A stretch of DNA of 64,000 nt from Octopus vulgaris (taxonomy: Eukaryota), in contig OX597814.1 in NCBI GenBank assembly GCA_951406725.2, positions 83,514,001 through 83,578,000 on the forward strand, given 5' to 3'. A model generated the notes under the pieces. That model saw only the letters and a list, made by a program, of their open reading frames with translations, was not told where the DNA came from and made no database searches. The first letter of the stretch is position 1. Every line of letters starts with the position of its first letter. A program made the translations under genes and the position numbers. Below are positions 37,953 to 51,539 of this stretch, in pieces.

Positions 37953-39700
37953 TTGATAGATATAGATATAGGGCATATTTCAATTTCAGCATGTACAATC
38001 TTTTCTATATCTGTTGTATTTTCTGGCATACCAGTCAAATGTTTCTCACCAGAATTTACAACCAAAAAAAGCAGGTTGATATATATACCAAGACAACTTT
38101 GGAGGACCAAAAATTCCATGTGAAATGCAGCAGGATTTGGAAGGATAGTGACAATGTTGTAATGTTTACACTACATTATATACTACATTAACTTGTATGC
38201 CAAAAAATAATGATGCTTTTCATCAGTCAACATTTTTTCCTTAATTCTTTTGATATATATTCAGTATAGTGTTACCAGTGAATCCAAACTGCTGCAAGTA
38301 CCCCATAAATTGCTAGGGTCAAGAATCCTTGTTTGCTAAGCTGAATGCTGGGACCTTAACCTGCAAAGCTATTTTCATGATATCTGTAATAATATTCAAC
38401 TTGTGACATGTTGATCACTGGAACAATTTTATGCAAGATTCATTTTTGTTTCTTTTCCAATTTTAGATAGCATAAATCATTGATAGTTATATAATGGGAA
38501 ATATATAAACATGTGTAATAAATACTAAATTTTTTACAAATCTTGAATAAAATTTTATAATTTTTTTTAAATAACACAAGTTTATACAAACAAAATTATT
38601 TAAAAATAGGTAATTTCAATTTTACCATATCTTGTTCATTGGATATTGTTGATAGGTTGTTCCTTCCATTGGGTGCTTCACTAGTTCTTGCAAAAATGGT
38701 TGAACAATCTAACAAATTTCTTTGAACTTTCCAATGGTTGAAATAAGTTAAACCAAAAACAAAACTTAAACAAACAAAAAAAAAAACAATGATTAGCAAC
38801 AGCTCAAGCAAGAAGTGATTCACCTTGCTATGGAAATGTCACATACAGATCAACACAGCAAGTGTCATTCTAGAGGAAAACTTACATATTATAACAACAT
38901 ACAACAGCAGAAAACATTCATACAGTGAGAGAAATAACGCATGATAAAGTTTCAATATAAAGCAGTTCCTGATATCTCCATAAATTTAAGAAATGTTGAT
39001 ATCTGAAATATCATGTTTAGTTTTGTTTGTTGTTTTTTTTTTTATCTCATTCCCTTTCCTCTTGTATTTTATATAACAGAATATTTCCATTTGTTTTACA
39101 TGTTGATGTGTTCTTTGTAAGTAGTGTCCATGTACTTGTTACTGTAGGACATGTTACTATTGTGCCAATTACACTGGCTATCCTTTCCTTATATAGCCGA
39201 ACCCTCTTCCCTTCCCTCCTTGACTTCTTTAACAATGTTATACTCCCATAACCACCACCACCATAACTACTACTACTACTACTACCACCACCACCACCAC
39301 CACCAAATTCCTCAAATTTGTTTCTTGTTTTTTTTTACTGCATCTTCTTTCATTCATCTACTTGTTTTATTTTTATTAATTTTACTCTTCTTGTTATTTG
39401 TTGTTGCTGTTTTATTCTTCCTCTATGCAATAAGTTTTATTCAATTCCATCCATACCATTCTATAATCATAAGAAAAGAAAACCAAAATAAAAGAAAAAA
39501 ACAAAGTAAAAATCATCAAAACTTTCTTTCCTGTTTTAAAAGGAACTATTAAAAAAAAAAAGAATCACAACTTTTAAATAAATTATTACTTTTTTCTTTT
39601 TTTTTTGTTTCAAATTTTCTATTCATTTATTTATTTATTTATTATTGAGTTTTCCCATCACTTTTCCCAAATGTGTGGCTCTTTTGCAGAATACAAGTTT

Positions 39701-40763
39701 TCACATTTCTGGTTTCCTGGTCGAAGTTATTTCTCCTCTGTCTATCATAAAATCCCTATTGATTGAAGATGAGAAATTGTAAAAATAAAGAATAAGACAA
39801 AATATAAATTATTTTACAGTTTAAATATAAATTGTTTTAATTTCTTGGCCTTAATTAGGAAAATATCCCTCAGAGGATTGATACTGGCAGCAAAGGGAGA
39901 TAATTCTGAATAAATTTTGAAAAGTAATTCTGAAAACTATTGTACTCTGACAAAATAGCCAAACAGCATTCACAAAAATTTGAGATTATCCAGAAATAAT
40001 CGGATGATCTCTAACTATTAGCCCTATTTCTACGAGTTGATTGTCAAGATGCGAGATAGATGTTGGATGTGAGTTAAAATGTAACTAAAGGACTGTTAAT
40101 ATGACTATGAACTATTCTACATATCAAACTAAATGCACCAAATATATTAACTGTTTTTTATTGCCCACCCTTAAATGTTCTTTTAGACATTTTTCCAGCT
40201 AAAAAAAAAACTACAATAATTATTTTATATATATATGTATGTGTGTATATATATATATATATATATCATAATTATTTAAAATATTTTTAACTATTTAAAG
40301 CTGAATTGTATAAATATAAAGAGAAATTATTTTGTCACCTGTTTTCTATATTACCATAAACTGTGACAAATGCCATTGAACCAGAGATAAACTCCTATGA
40401 AGTTCACACCTCAAACCAGTTTCAGTTCTTGGTTGAAATGAGTTTGTTTCACTTGCACTGCTAAAGCCCCCGGAAAAGCATGACCGTCTCAATATCTGAT
40501 TTCCTCACCACCACCACCACCACCACTTTCCCTGAGATAGAGGATTTTTGTACCTAGTAAAAACTATATCAACGTTATGATGATCTGCAGTTAGTAGAGT
40601 CAAGCTAACCATGTAGCAAGCTAAGTCAACAATTTGTAGTTATATCCCCATTGCTGCTGTTTCACTTCTCTTCATTTATATCACTAACACTTTGAGAAAG
40701 AGAAAAGCTTGATCATCACAGGAAAGCTTTGCTGTTTTCCTCCATGACATACATAAATATATT

Positions 40764-40808
<45 letters not shown>

Positions 40809-42163
40809 CTTCTGTTTATCTGATGGTAACAAATTAGTTTTCCAGAAGCTATTCCTCTCTAAATCATTGCAAAGTAACAAAACACTTGACAATTTTAGTG
40901 TGTATATGCTACTTACTGCTCTAAAATGTATGTCCCATGATGCCTATTTACAGCCATGTGGACTGAGGTGTGGAAAACTGTTTTTGCATAAGATCTAGGA
41001 CATTGCTGAATATGGGCTGATGTCTTTTCAGTTAGCAGTGGTCTGCGGTTAACACAGTGTCTATACAAGGAATCTAACAGGGAGGCAGTCAAACAAAGCA
41101 ATAGAATTGCATTACATCTTGCTTTCACAAAGTCAGTTTTTCACAAAAATAAAATTTGTATCAAAATTAAGATTTGTGAGGAAAGGTACCAGTTTGCTGA
41201 TCCTTTCATGGTCATGTTTTCAAACTTTGCTATAGCCATTACTGTATTCTTTCTCTTTGCTTCAGTTTTCTTGACTCACAGCAATTTCTCCACTTCTACT
41301 TCACATTTGAGTATTTAATAGTGGGAAGATTATCTAAATCTAAAAACGTGTGCTCCATCAAAGATCAACCACTCACATATACTAGTATGGAACAAGAACA
41401 CAATATGTAACACACACACATATAGACAGACAGATGTGTGTGTCAAGGGAAAGAGATACAGCTGAGTATCAAAATCAGGTGGCAACTCAGCTCCCAGGAA
41501 GCTAGTCTATGGAAAACATCCAAGAGAAACACAATATTACATATACTAATGGATGTAAATAGCAGAGATAGAAAATTTGGTAATATGTGAAATGAAATTA
41601 TGAAATTACAAAATTACATATATTCTTGATATGTGTCTGCAAATATTTCAGGTGTGTGAAAGATGTAAAATATCTGCCATTTCAGCTAAAGCATGGAAAC
41701 AGCTAAAGATGTTACTTAAAGTTCAACTCTTTGTATCTGCAAGTGTGTGTGTGTGAGAGAGATAGAGTGTGTGTGTATGCTTTTTTTTATTTCATTTATT
41801 TGTTGTATGTGAGACAAAGAGAGTCAATTGCTTGGTGTTCTGTATCTGATATCTATCAATGAGAGATATCTACTACTAGCTTGAAGTGAAATGTTAATCT
41901 ACTTTCTGTGGAAGATATGCCTCTGTTATATCTTTTGTCCTCCAAGCCCATCATAGCATTTGGATCCTACATCACAAGATAAGAACAGTAACCTTTTTCC
42001 TTCTTCAAATAGCAAACTGTACTTTATTATATTGCTTATTAATGGTTTACTAAACTTAGCTTTTGAGAAATTAATGGTTTTAGTTCTTTTTCTTCAACTG
42101 AACCTATAAAACTGCAAATTAAACATTTATTTTAATATCATGACAATATCCTATCAACTCTTC

Positions 42164-42208
<45 letters not shown>

Positions 42209-43732
42209 ATATATATATAATGTTTGTGCATGTTTAAGTTGTCCTTAATCCAACCCTGATTTAAACATAGCATAGGATTAAAGAATAGTAGAACCAACAT
42301 TAGACATTATTTCCTCTCTTTGAAGACTAAAATAAGCAAGTTTAGTAATTTGCCATCAAGCTTTTCCTACTTCCTGCATTTATTGTTTATTATAACCTTC
42401 AAAATAGTAATTAGTGTCCTATATTTCAGCTAATATTTGTGTCATTATACTTTTTATATCATATACTTCATGTGTTTTAGTCTGGGCCAGATCAAGACCA
42501 AGTGAAGCCCTAAGCATAACCCAGCAATAGTGTCCCACTCCCCCAATCCTTCTAATGTCTAACTGTCAAACCATAAATACAGAAAGTAAAATAATTGAGT
42601 AAAAATTCAGTCTTCTTCCAGACCAACACTCAGGCCATACTACTGCATTAAATATTAATCTGCTTAATTTATTAATTTTACTAAATAATAAATAACGCTA
42701 AACAGTTATGTAACTTGTTATATTTTGGGATGGTCTTCCTTTGGGGTTTTTTCTTGACAAATAAGCACACACACTATATATTCGTGCTTCACTTGTTTAT
42801 TATTGTTCTTATTTTATGTCCATTGTCTGGAAATCTTTCATCACACACCTGTGACCTCTTCAGCGACTCTTCCATTCCATGTTTCCTCCTGTTCTGTTTA
42901 AAAACAAACATAAGATAAAATTAGAACAACAATAAAAAATGAGTGACGAATGAATATATAGTGCATGTGTTTATTTCTCAAGAAAAAATTTACTATGACC
43001 ATCCTGCAATATAACAATATCTGTTTCAACACACAACATCACATCAGGAATCTTGCAAAACAAATTTATAAATGTAAATTATGTAAATCATTTATTTATA
43101 ACTAAGGCTACAGAAAAATGCAAATTTTCAACACATTTTTATTCATTTTTAAAAAGATGTTGTATCATGTTAAATACAGCATTGGAAGAAAAACCCTCTG
43201 GTGTTACCCCTTTGCTATTGTGCCCTAAGCACATGCTTATTTCTTCTGTTGATCCTGGATTTAACCCTTTTGTTACCATATTTCTGCCATTACTTCAGTT
43301 AATTTTGAAAATAATGAAGAATTTAGTAAAATAACTGTCGTTATAAAGCTGGTATTTGGAACATAAATTTAACAAGAAATTTCTATAGAATGTTTTAATT
43401 TAGATAACTTTAAAACAGTCTGTGTGTCATAGATCCAGAGATGGTACCAACCCGATGATTAACTATGTCCATTATCACTGTTCATTGGTTCATATTTGAT
43501 GTCAACAAGTTATATGATGGCTGTTGTAAAATTTCTGCTGCTGCATTAGTCAATGTACTCACACACATACACAGTGGTAGGTAATGTGGAAGCAAGAAAT
43601 AATCTCCCAGTGACCTTTATTTCGATTCCCAGGTGAAAGAAATTCATTTCAATTAAGCTGCTGATGCTCTTCAGAATTGTTTCATCATCTCTACTTTCCA
43701 TTCTTCTTCGTTTGGAATAAAGGTCTTTGTGC
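39701..43732 (-). CDS. Putative orphan gene, three in-phase exons: 43732-43563, 41073-40917, 39755-39701
   Basis: AG/GT boundaries (donors gtgagt, gtaagt); phases compatible; open for ~126 aa (HKDLYSKRRRMESRDDE...YSLYRHCVNRRPLL...EQDFMIDRGEITSTRKPEM*); no family recognised. Confidence 0.35.
42715..43020. mobile_element. Foldback/MITE with ~100-bp inverted arms; a single-arm copy lies at ~1675-1860
   Basis: ttgttatattttgggatggtc...cactatatattc pairs with gaatatatagtgcatgtg...gaccatcctgcaatataacaa. Confidence 0.75.
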
Positions 43733-45952
43733 CTAATCAATGAAAAAAATCTATTTTATATAAATTAACATTGATAATCTGAAATATGTTATGCTCAAAC
43801 AAAAGACCAATTCTTCGAACTGAACACTAAAAATATGGAATCATTAAATAATTATTCTGATGTTCCCCAGATACATTTCCCCAAGAATTCTACACACCAA
43901 AACAATGCTTTAGTATTTATTTACATTTTTTTTTAGCTTATCATTCTGTTCAGTTGCTGATCTTGCAAGCTAGAACTATTGTTACTTTCTCTATATATGT
44001 AAATGACAAATAACATTCTATAGTGGGTAAACTGTCAACCTGGTCTATAGCTTGGTTTTGATTCCTATTTAACTGTTTGAAAATATACCATTAGTCCCTT
44101 AGGAAGGGTGAGAATATTGTATACCATTTCCCTCTCTTTCTCTCATTCCCCTTCCCCTCAACTCATTTGATCTCTTCTAAGATCATTATAGTTGATCACC
44201 CATTGACAGACACTTCAAACTGCAAGCAATTGACTCTATTTATCACTACTTGCATTAAATAAACATTTTTTTTTCCTACCTCTTTGTGGGTTTTTGATTG
44301 TTGCTTTTTGTTGTTTTTCCTTTCTTTCTATGGATTTTAAAAATCTTATATTCCTCTACTGTTTTTTGATGCTTGTATCACGAATCTGTTTGGCCATCAC
44401 TTCATCATCTAAGGTTCCCCTATTTGTAGGTTCAACGCACAATAATCCCCACAAAATATCTATCGTTGTGATGCTGGTTACAGTGTCATTCATTCATAGG
44501 ATTGGTCAACAGTAATCGGTTTTGATGTGTTTCATTATTCCTCTGGCCTTAGATGTCCCAGTTAATTTCACTTGCACTAACTTTGTGATAAATATTTATA
44601 GCTTTATGCACACTACAACCCCAGTGTTTACATTCATATTTTACTATTTTATTTTCAACAACAAATGTAGCATTTTGGTAGAAATTTGGAAAATCTTATA
44701 TTTTGGAGATTCATCTTTTTCTTTTTATATATATATATATATTTTACATAGTTTAGTATGTTGGTAGAAGATGTAGAGCACTGATATGAATGCTTTACTG
44801 TATTTAGTCTTATCTCTTAATGGGTTGAGTTCAAATCCCACGAGGATCAACTTTGCTTCTCATTTGTCCAAGATCAATAATCTTCCATGATACGATGATA
44901 CCAATCCAATTGGCTCACCTTGTGTAAAAAGAAAAAAAAATTAGCCTTGTATCCACAGTCAACAAAAGTTATTTTCCCACTTCTAATATCTGTGCCGTAA
45001 AGATGTAATGTTGATTCAAGAAAAGTCATACAATCACTACCAACTTCCTTATGTTCATAGGAAGAGAGATTTGGTGAGTACGGTGTAACAAAAGGTAAGA
45101 TCCTAGTAAGCCAAGTCATTCATCAAACTGATTTTAGTCTTTGGTTGAAGCTCTATTCATACCACTACAGCATAGCTATCATAATTTCATTCATACTCCA
45201 CAACAAATGTCACAGCAAAAGATAAAAAATTTTGAGATTTAAGAAAAAATGAAATTTACATATCTTTATCATATATTTAATATATTCTTTTTTTCAATTA
45301 TTGGTAAACTAACATCTGCTAATACTAAAGCAAACCAACTATTTGTAATGATATAAATCAACTGACTTGTTAGCTCTATGATCAACCAAACCATTGATAC
45401 TAAGCTAAAACAATTTGTTGGTAATAAGGTCAACAAACCAATCTTTTTGCTAACATAAACCAACTTAGTGGTACTAAGGTAAACCTGCCAATTGTCACTA
45501 AGAGAAACCAATGTGTTGGTACTAAGATACATATACACAAATGCATTACATCCACGTGTGTGTATGTATGTATACATGTATGTAAATATTTGATGGATCT
45601 GGCATCAGTTTCAATGATAAGCATTCAGTTATTCAATCAATCGATTGCTCATCATTTCATATATATTTGTGTGTATGTATATATGTATGTGTGTATGTAT
45701 ATATGTGTGTGTAAAATCGTTGTCATCATCAACATCATCATTTAACATCTGTTTTCCAGGCTGGCATGGGTTGGATGGTTCAACAGGTTCTAACAAGTTA
45801 GAGGACTGTATCATACTCCAATATCTTTAGTATGGTTTCTTTGGCTGGATACCCTTCCTAATACCAACTACTTTACAAAGTGTGCAAGGTGCTTATGTGG
45901 TACCAGTATTAGTGAGGTCACCTTGCAACTGACAATACTTAAGGGTCTAAAG

Positions 45953-46260
45953 CAGGGGTTTTCAACCATTTTTTATCTATGGACTCCTTTGGTTATTTTT
46001 TTTTTCTGGTGGAACCCCTTAGCCATTCAATGTTTAAAAACTAGTTTTATAGAAACTTCCTTCATAAATCTTATTTTGTTTTAAACACATTAACTTGTGT
46101 AGTTGAACTATGTAAAACATTCAAGAAAGAAACCTAGATGTTTCTTGCAATATATACCAATACACGCATTTTAAGCAAAAGTTTTTTAGCAGCCCTTAAA
46201 ATACTATTGTGGATCCCAAATTTACTAATTTGTTTCATGGACCCTTGATGAGAACCAGTG
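45953..46260. mobile_element. hAT (Charlie-like) MITE
   Basis: caggggttttcaacc...tgagaaccagtg; 8-bp TSD gtctaaag/gtttaaag. Confidence 0.7.
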
Positions 46261-46984
46261 GTTTAAAGGAAGCCTTCTTATTGAAGGAAAATTGAGGATA
46301 AAGGTTTAATGATTCATGTCAGGTTAATGCAAAGATAAATATGATAACAGATTTATGGCTGTGAAAGGAGAGTAGGGAAGAGAGCAACAGTGTAGATACA
46401 ATTGGAGAAGAGAATATGGAAGGGAAAGAGATTAGTATCGTAAGTTAGTGAGAAAGGGAGGAACAGAGTGGTAAGAGTAATGAAGTGGGGGCTCAGGGTT
46501 ATACGTTGTAAGGGCAAATATGGATGGAAGGTGTGAGGAGAATGTAACATAAAAGAGAGAAATAGATGAAGTGGTGAGGAACCACAGAAAGACAATGAAA
46601 GGAAGAGAGGTGTAAGGGAGTAGGGGAGAGATGAGAGGATATTGAGGAGGCAGAGAAGATGTGGGGAGAGGACAGTGAGTGAGTGCATTTAAAACAGTGA
46701 GAGTAAGAGATGCAGAGAAAGCATCCCAGACAGGAGAGCTAAGGAGAGAAGATAGTAGGGGGCTGTTAAATAAGGGAAGAAAGGTTGAAGAGCATCCTAG
46801 AGTGTGAATGCAGCAAACATTGAGGTAAAAAGCAGTTGGAGGAAGGAGAATTTCAGAGGTTACAGGGGAGGAAAGGATAAAAGCAGTGATAGGATCCTGG
46901 GCAAAGGTGGAGCAGTGTGCAAATGCTGCAAGAGAAACAAAACCATCAATACTCTCCTTACTAGCATTCTTTCTGCCATCTTTG

Positions 46985-47195
46985 CCTGAGAGGATAGGTT
47001 TTGGATTTCAGCTATACAGTTTGTCATCTGTTTTGTGAGGTTCAGAATCTTGAGATAAGTTTTCACCACTTCATCCCATGTCTTTCTAGGTTTTCCTTTT
47101 ACACAGAGACCACCTACTTTGAGTACCCAGCACATATTACATGGCCATACCAGCATACTCACCTTATTTCTTTCAAATCCTTCACAAACGTATAA
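46985..47195 (-). mobile_element. LINE 3'-end fragment
   Basis: KGKPRKTWDEVVKTYLK motif typical of RTE-like ORF2 C-termini. Confidence 0.6.
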
Positions 47196-47396
47196 CATCT
47201 GTGTGTGTAGATATATATATGTGTGTGTGTGTTTACATCACCGTAACTTAGTAGTTCAGCAAAAGAAACCAATAAAATAAGTATTGAGAATAAGTCCTGA
47301 GGTTGATTTCTTTGACTAAAAAACCCTTTAAGGTGGTGCTCCAGGATGGTCAGTCAAATGACTGAAACAAGTAAAAGAATAAAGAATATATGTATG

Positions 47397-47457
<61 letters not shown>

Positions 47458-48784
47458 TTGCTGGTACTAAGATAAATCAACCAACCTAAGAGAAGTCTCA
47501 ACTAATTGTTAAATTCATTCTTATTTTCTTATGTTAGGCTGTATGATGTTACAATAGGTTTCTGCTGAAGCATGTCCATAATATAATTGGAAACAAACTT
47601 TAGGAAGTCCTATTTAGTAACTAAATGAATAATCTCTTGTATTTAATAGTTTTCATTTGATCTAAATAGTGCCCTGTATACATAAACACATACCCATAGG
47701 CACAAACATACATGCACATGCATATTTCTAAACATTACATTTTAGTGTGAGTGATTTATATTTTATGAGTATATATACATACTGACACACACACATCTAT
47801 ACATACATCTGTAGAGTAATGTGTGTCAAAACATCCCATTTTCCTTCCTTCTATACTGATGTTAAAGCCATTGTTCTTCTGCCAGAAATTATTTCTCATT
47901 TAAATAAAATCCGCACAATCATTATTTGAACTCATAAAAGCAGCAAACTGGTAGAATTGTTAGCCCACTGGGCAAAATGTTTACTGGCATTTCATCTGTC
48001 TACATGTTCTGAGTCCAAATTCTGCCATGGTTTACTTTATCTTATATCCTTTCAGAGTCAATAAAATAAGTGCCGGTTGAACACTGGGGTCAATGTAATC
48101 AACTAAACCCCTCCCTTAAAATTGCTGGCCTTGTGCCAAAATTTGCAATTAATATTTGAACTCATAAACTGTTAATACTAAGGTGAACCCAGAATTGTAA
48201 GCTTACCAAATTGGAGACATAAAACAGAGTACTCTAAGTTTACATAGAGAGATATAGTTAGGCTATTCTGAGCTTATAAAGAAATATTTCTCTCCAAAGA
48301 AAAAGATGTGAAGTGTTTGTAATGAGATTTGCTGTCAGTTTCTATAAAATTCTTACATAAAACTGGCAAAGTATCAAATGCGATGATAATCAGATAAAGA
48401 AATGAAACATTGACCCTTGAAATAAGACCACAATCATCTTAATATCATGCAGCTGCTAAACCAAGAAAATGTTCTTTTGGGAATTTTCCCCTTTCTATTT
48501 ATTTATTTATTTGTTAAAGACAAATCAGACTTCAGCATTAATTGATAAAATATGAAAATTACTTTGTAAATAACTGTATTAACCAATTAGAATCTGGTCT
48601 AAGTAGTGCCATACATACATATACATAGCCAAGTCTAGAAATTTGTAGGTTTATTTTATGACCATATATACCCATGCTCACTTAGACTCATATACACAGA
48701 TGTATGTTAAATGATGATGATGATATACATGTACAAATCCTCCTCCCCACACACACACACATATATGTATGTCATATACTCTTT

Positions 48785-49168
48785 ACTCTTTTACTTGTTT
48801 CAGTCATTTGACTGTGGCCATGCTGGAGCACCGCCTTTAGTCAAGCAAATTGACCCCAGGACTTATTCTTTGTAAGCCTAGTACTTATTCTATCGGTCTC
48901 TTTTGCTGAACTGCTAAGTTACGGGGACATAAACACACCAGCATCAGTTGTCAAGTGATGTTGGGAGGACAAACACAGAGACACAAACAAACAAATTACC
49001 TTACTTACGACAGGCTTCTTTCAGTTTCCATCTACCAGATCCACTCACAAGGCTTTGGTCAGCCTGAGGCTATAATAGAAGACACTTGCCTAAAGTGCCA
49101 CGCAGTAGGACTGAACCCGAACCATGTGGTTGGTAAGCAAGCTACTTACCACACAGCCACTCCTGCAC

Positions 49169-49170
<2 letters not shown>
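48785..49170 (-). mobile_element. tRNA-derived SINE (family A)
   Basis: Reverse complement of gtggctgtgtggtaagtagcttgctt...ggttcagtcc...; internal microsatellite; other copies at ~9985-10150, 11322-11680, 12050-12370, 52700-53140. Confidence 0.85.
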
Positions 49171-49201
<31 letters not shown>

Positions 49202-49284
49202 GGATCCAGATTGATTTCAATGATGAGAATTCACCTGTTCAGTTAAGGGATTGTTCATCACTGAATATATATTTATGTGAAGGC

Positions 49285-49670
49285 GTAGGAGTGGCTGTGT
49301 GGTAAGTAGCTTGCTTACTAACCACATGGTTCCAGGTTCAGTCCCACTGCATGGCACCTTGGGCAAATGTCTTGTACTATAGCCTAGGGCTGACCAAAGC
49401 CTTGTGAGTGGATTTGGTAGACAGAAACTGAAAGAAGCCAGTCGTACATATGTATGTGTGTGTATATGTTTCTGTGTCAGTGTTTGTCCCCCCAACATCG
49501 CTTAACAACCAATGCTTGTGTGTCTACATCCCCGTAACTTAGCGGTTCGGCAAAAAGAGATCAATAGAACAAGTACGAGGTTTATAAAGAATAAGTCCTG
49601 GGGTCTATTTGCTCGACTAAAGACATTGCTCCAGCATCACCACAGTCAAATGACTGAAACAAGTAAAAGA
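49285..49670 (+). mobile_element. tRNA-derived SINE (family A)
   Basis: A/B-box-like head tggctgtgtggt...ggttcagtccc; ends gactgaaacaagtaaaaga. Confidence 0.85.
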
Positions 49671-49982
49671 GTATGTGTGTGTATACACATATATGATGGC
49701 ACTCTGTCAGCTAAAATGATGAGCGTTCCAGTTGATTCAATCAATTGAACAGGCTTCTCATGAAATTAATGAGCAAGTAGCTGAGCACACCCTTTACATA
49801 ATTCTCAGTGTGATTCAGCATGACACAGGGTGTGACAATACCAGCTCATTTTTGTCAGCTGAGTGGACTGGAGCAATGTGAAAGAAAATGTCTCGCTCAA
49901 GGACACAATGTGCTGCCAAGAACCAAACTCACAACCTTATGATTGTCAGCTGAATAACCTAACCATTAAGCCATACACTTTC

Positions 49983-50138
49983 TAGCTGTGTGGTAAAAAG
50001 CTTGCTTCCCAACCACATGGTACTGGGTTCAGTCCCACTGCATGGCACCTTAGGCAAGTGTCTTCTACTGTAGCCTCAGGCCAACCAAAACCTTGTGAGT
50101 GGATTTGGTAGACAGAAACTGAAAGAAGCCCATTGTAA

Positions 50139-50176
<38 letters not shown>

Positions 50177-50395
50177 ATCTTTGGATCTGTGTTTGAACCC
50201 CACCACCACTTGACAACCAGTATTGGGTTTTTTTATGCCCTTGTAACTTAGCGGTTCAGCAAAAAGTGACCAATAAAATAAGTACCAGGCTTTAAAAAAA
50301 AGTAAGCACTGGTGTCGGTTTTTGGACTGAAAATTCTTCAAGGCAGTGCCCCAGCATGGCCACTGTCAATTGACTGAAATCTGAAACAGATTAAA
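49983..50395 (+). mobile_element. tRNA-derived SINE (family A)
   Basis: Same consensus as 49285-49670. Confidence 0.85.
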
Positions 50396-51476
50396 AAATA
50401 AGATGTGTGTGTTTGAGTCTGTGTGTGTGCGTGTATATATATACACACACAGATATATATATATATTTGATGAACACACAAGAAACAGCATTAAATTTAA
50501 ATTGTCATCTCTGTATCATACTAAATGTATATGCGCTATTGAAAGGTGTGTTCTGTGGTTTTTGTCTGAGAGAAAATCCCACAAGAAAAACAACTGCATT
50601 TTACACTACTAGGGACTTGTCAATGCTGTGTACCCATTTATCACAGATGTATTTTACCTTACTTGAGGTTTGTTAATGCCCTCTAAGCTTTCTGTAATAC
50701 CAATGATTGAATTACTTACTGTTTCCTATATATCAAAGCATAAATTTCACCTCAGCAAGTAACAAACAGATGCACAGAAATAGAATGAAATGCCTTTGTT
50801 GTTCTCATTAGTCACTGCTGCAATGATGTTCACCTCTCTCCAATATATATTGCATTCCCAAGACGTGTGAAGAGATTTTCTCTCAGAAACCACAGCATCA
50901 TGCCTTTCAATAATGTACATGCATTTAGTATTATACACACCTGGTTAGAGTGTCAGGCTTATAATTGTGAGGTTGTGTGTTCTTGAGCAAGACACTTTAT
51001 TTCATGTTGCTCCAGTTTACTTAGCTGTAGAAATGAGTCAACATCACTAATACCAAGCTGTGTCAGCCTTTGTCTTTCCTTTGGACAACATTGGTGAAAC
51101 GGAGAGAGAAGACTGGTATGTATGGGCAACTCCTAGTCTTCCACAAACAGCCCTGTCTGGATTTGTGCCTTGAAGGGTAACTTTCTAGGTGTAATCCCTA
51201 ACCAAAGGGGGTCTTTACCTATTACCCTATATTTAAGCTATGTATGTATGTATACATACATTATGTATATGCATCCATAAATATATTCTTTTGTGTTGTG
51301 TTGTGTGTGTGTGTGTGTGTGTGTAAGTGTGTGGCAATTGTTAAATAACAACTTAGAACAATTAAATGCTAATATCTACCTGAAATCAACAAGTCAAGCA
51401 ATTAGACCTTACTTATCAACTTATGAACTCAGTATGTGATATCTATAATAGGGAACACATAACTGTTATCCAATGA

Positions 51477-51539
<63 letters not shown>

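Noticed and set aside
46353-46800. 111-aa hydrophobic minus-strand ORF
   Set aside because: Low-complexity purine-rich (GA) tract, not a membrane protein gene.
49285-49350. tRNA-like A/B-box sequence
   Set aside because: It is the head of a multi-copy SINE and forms no complete cloverleaf.
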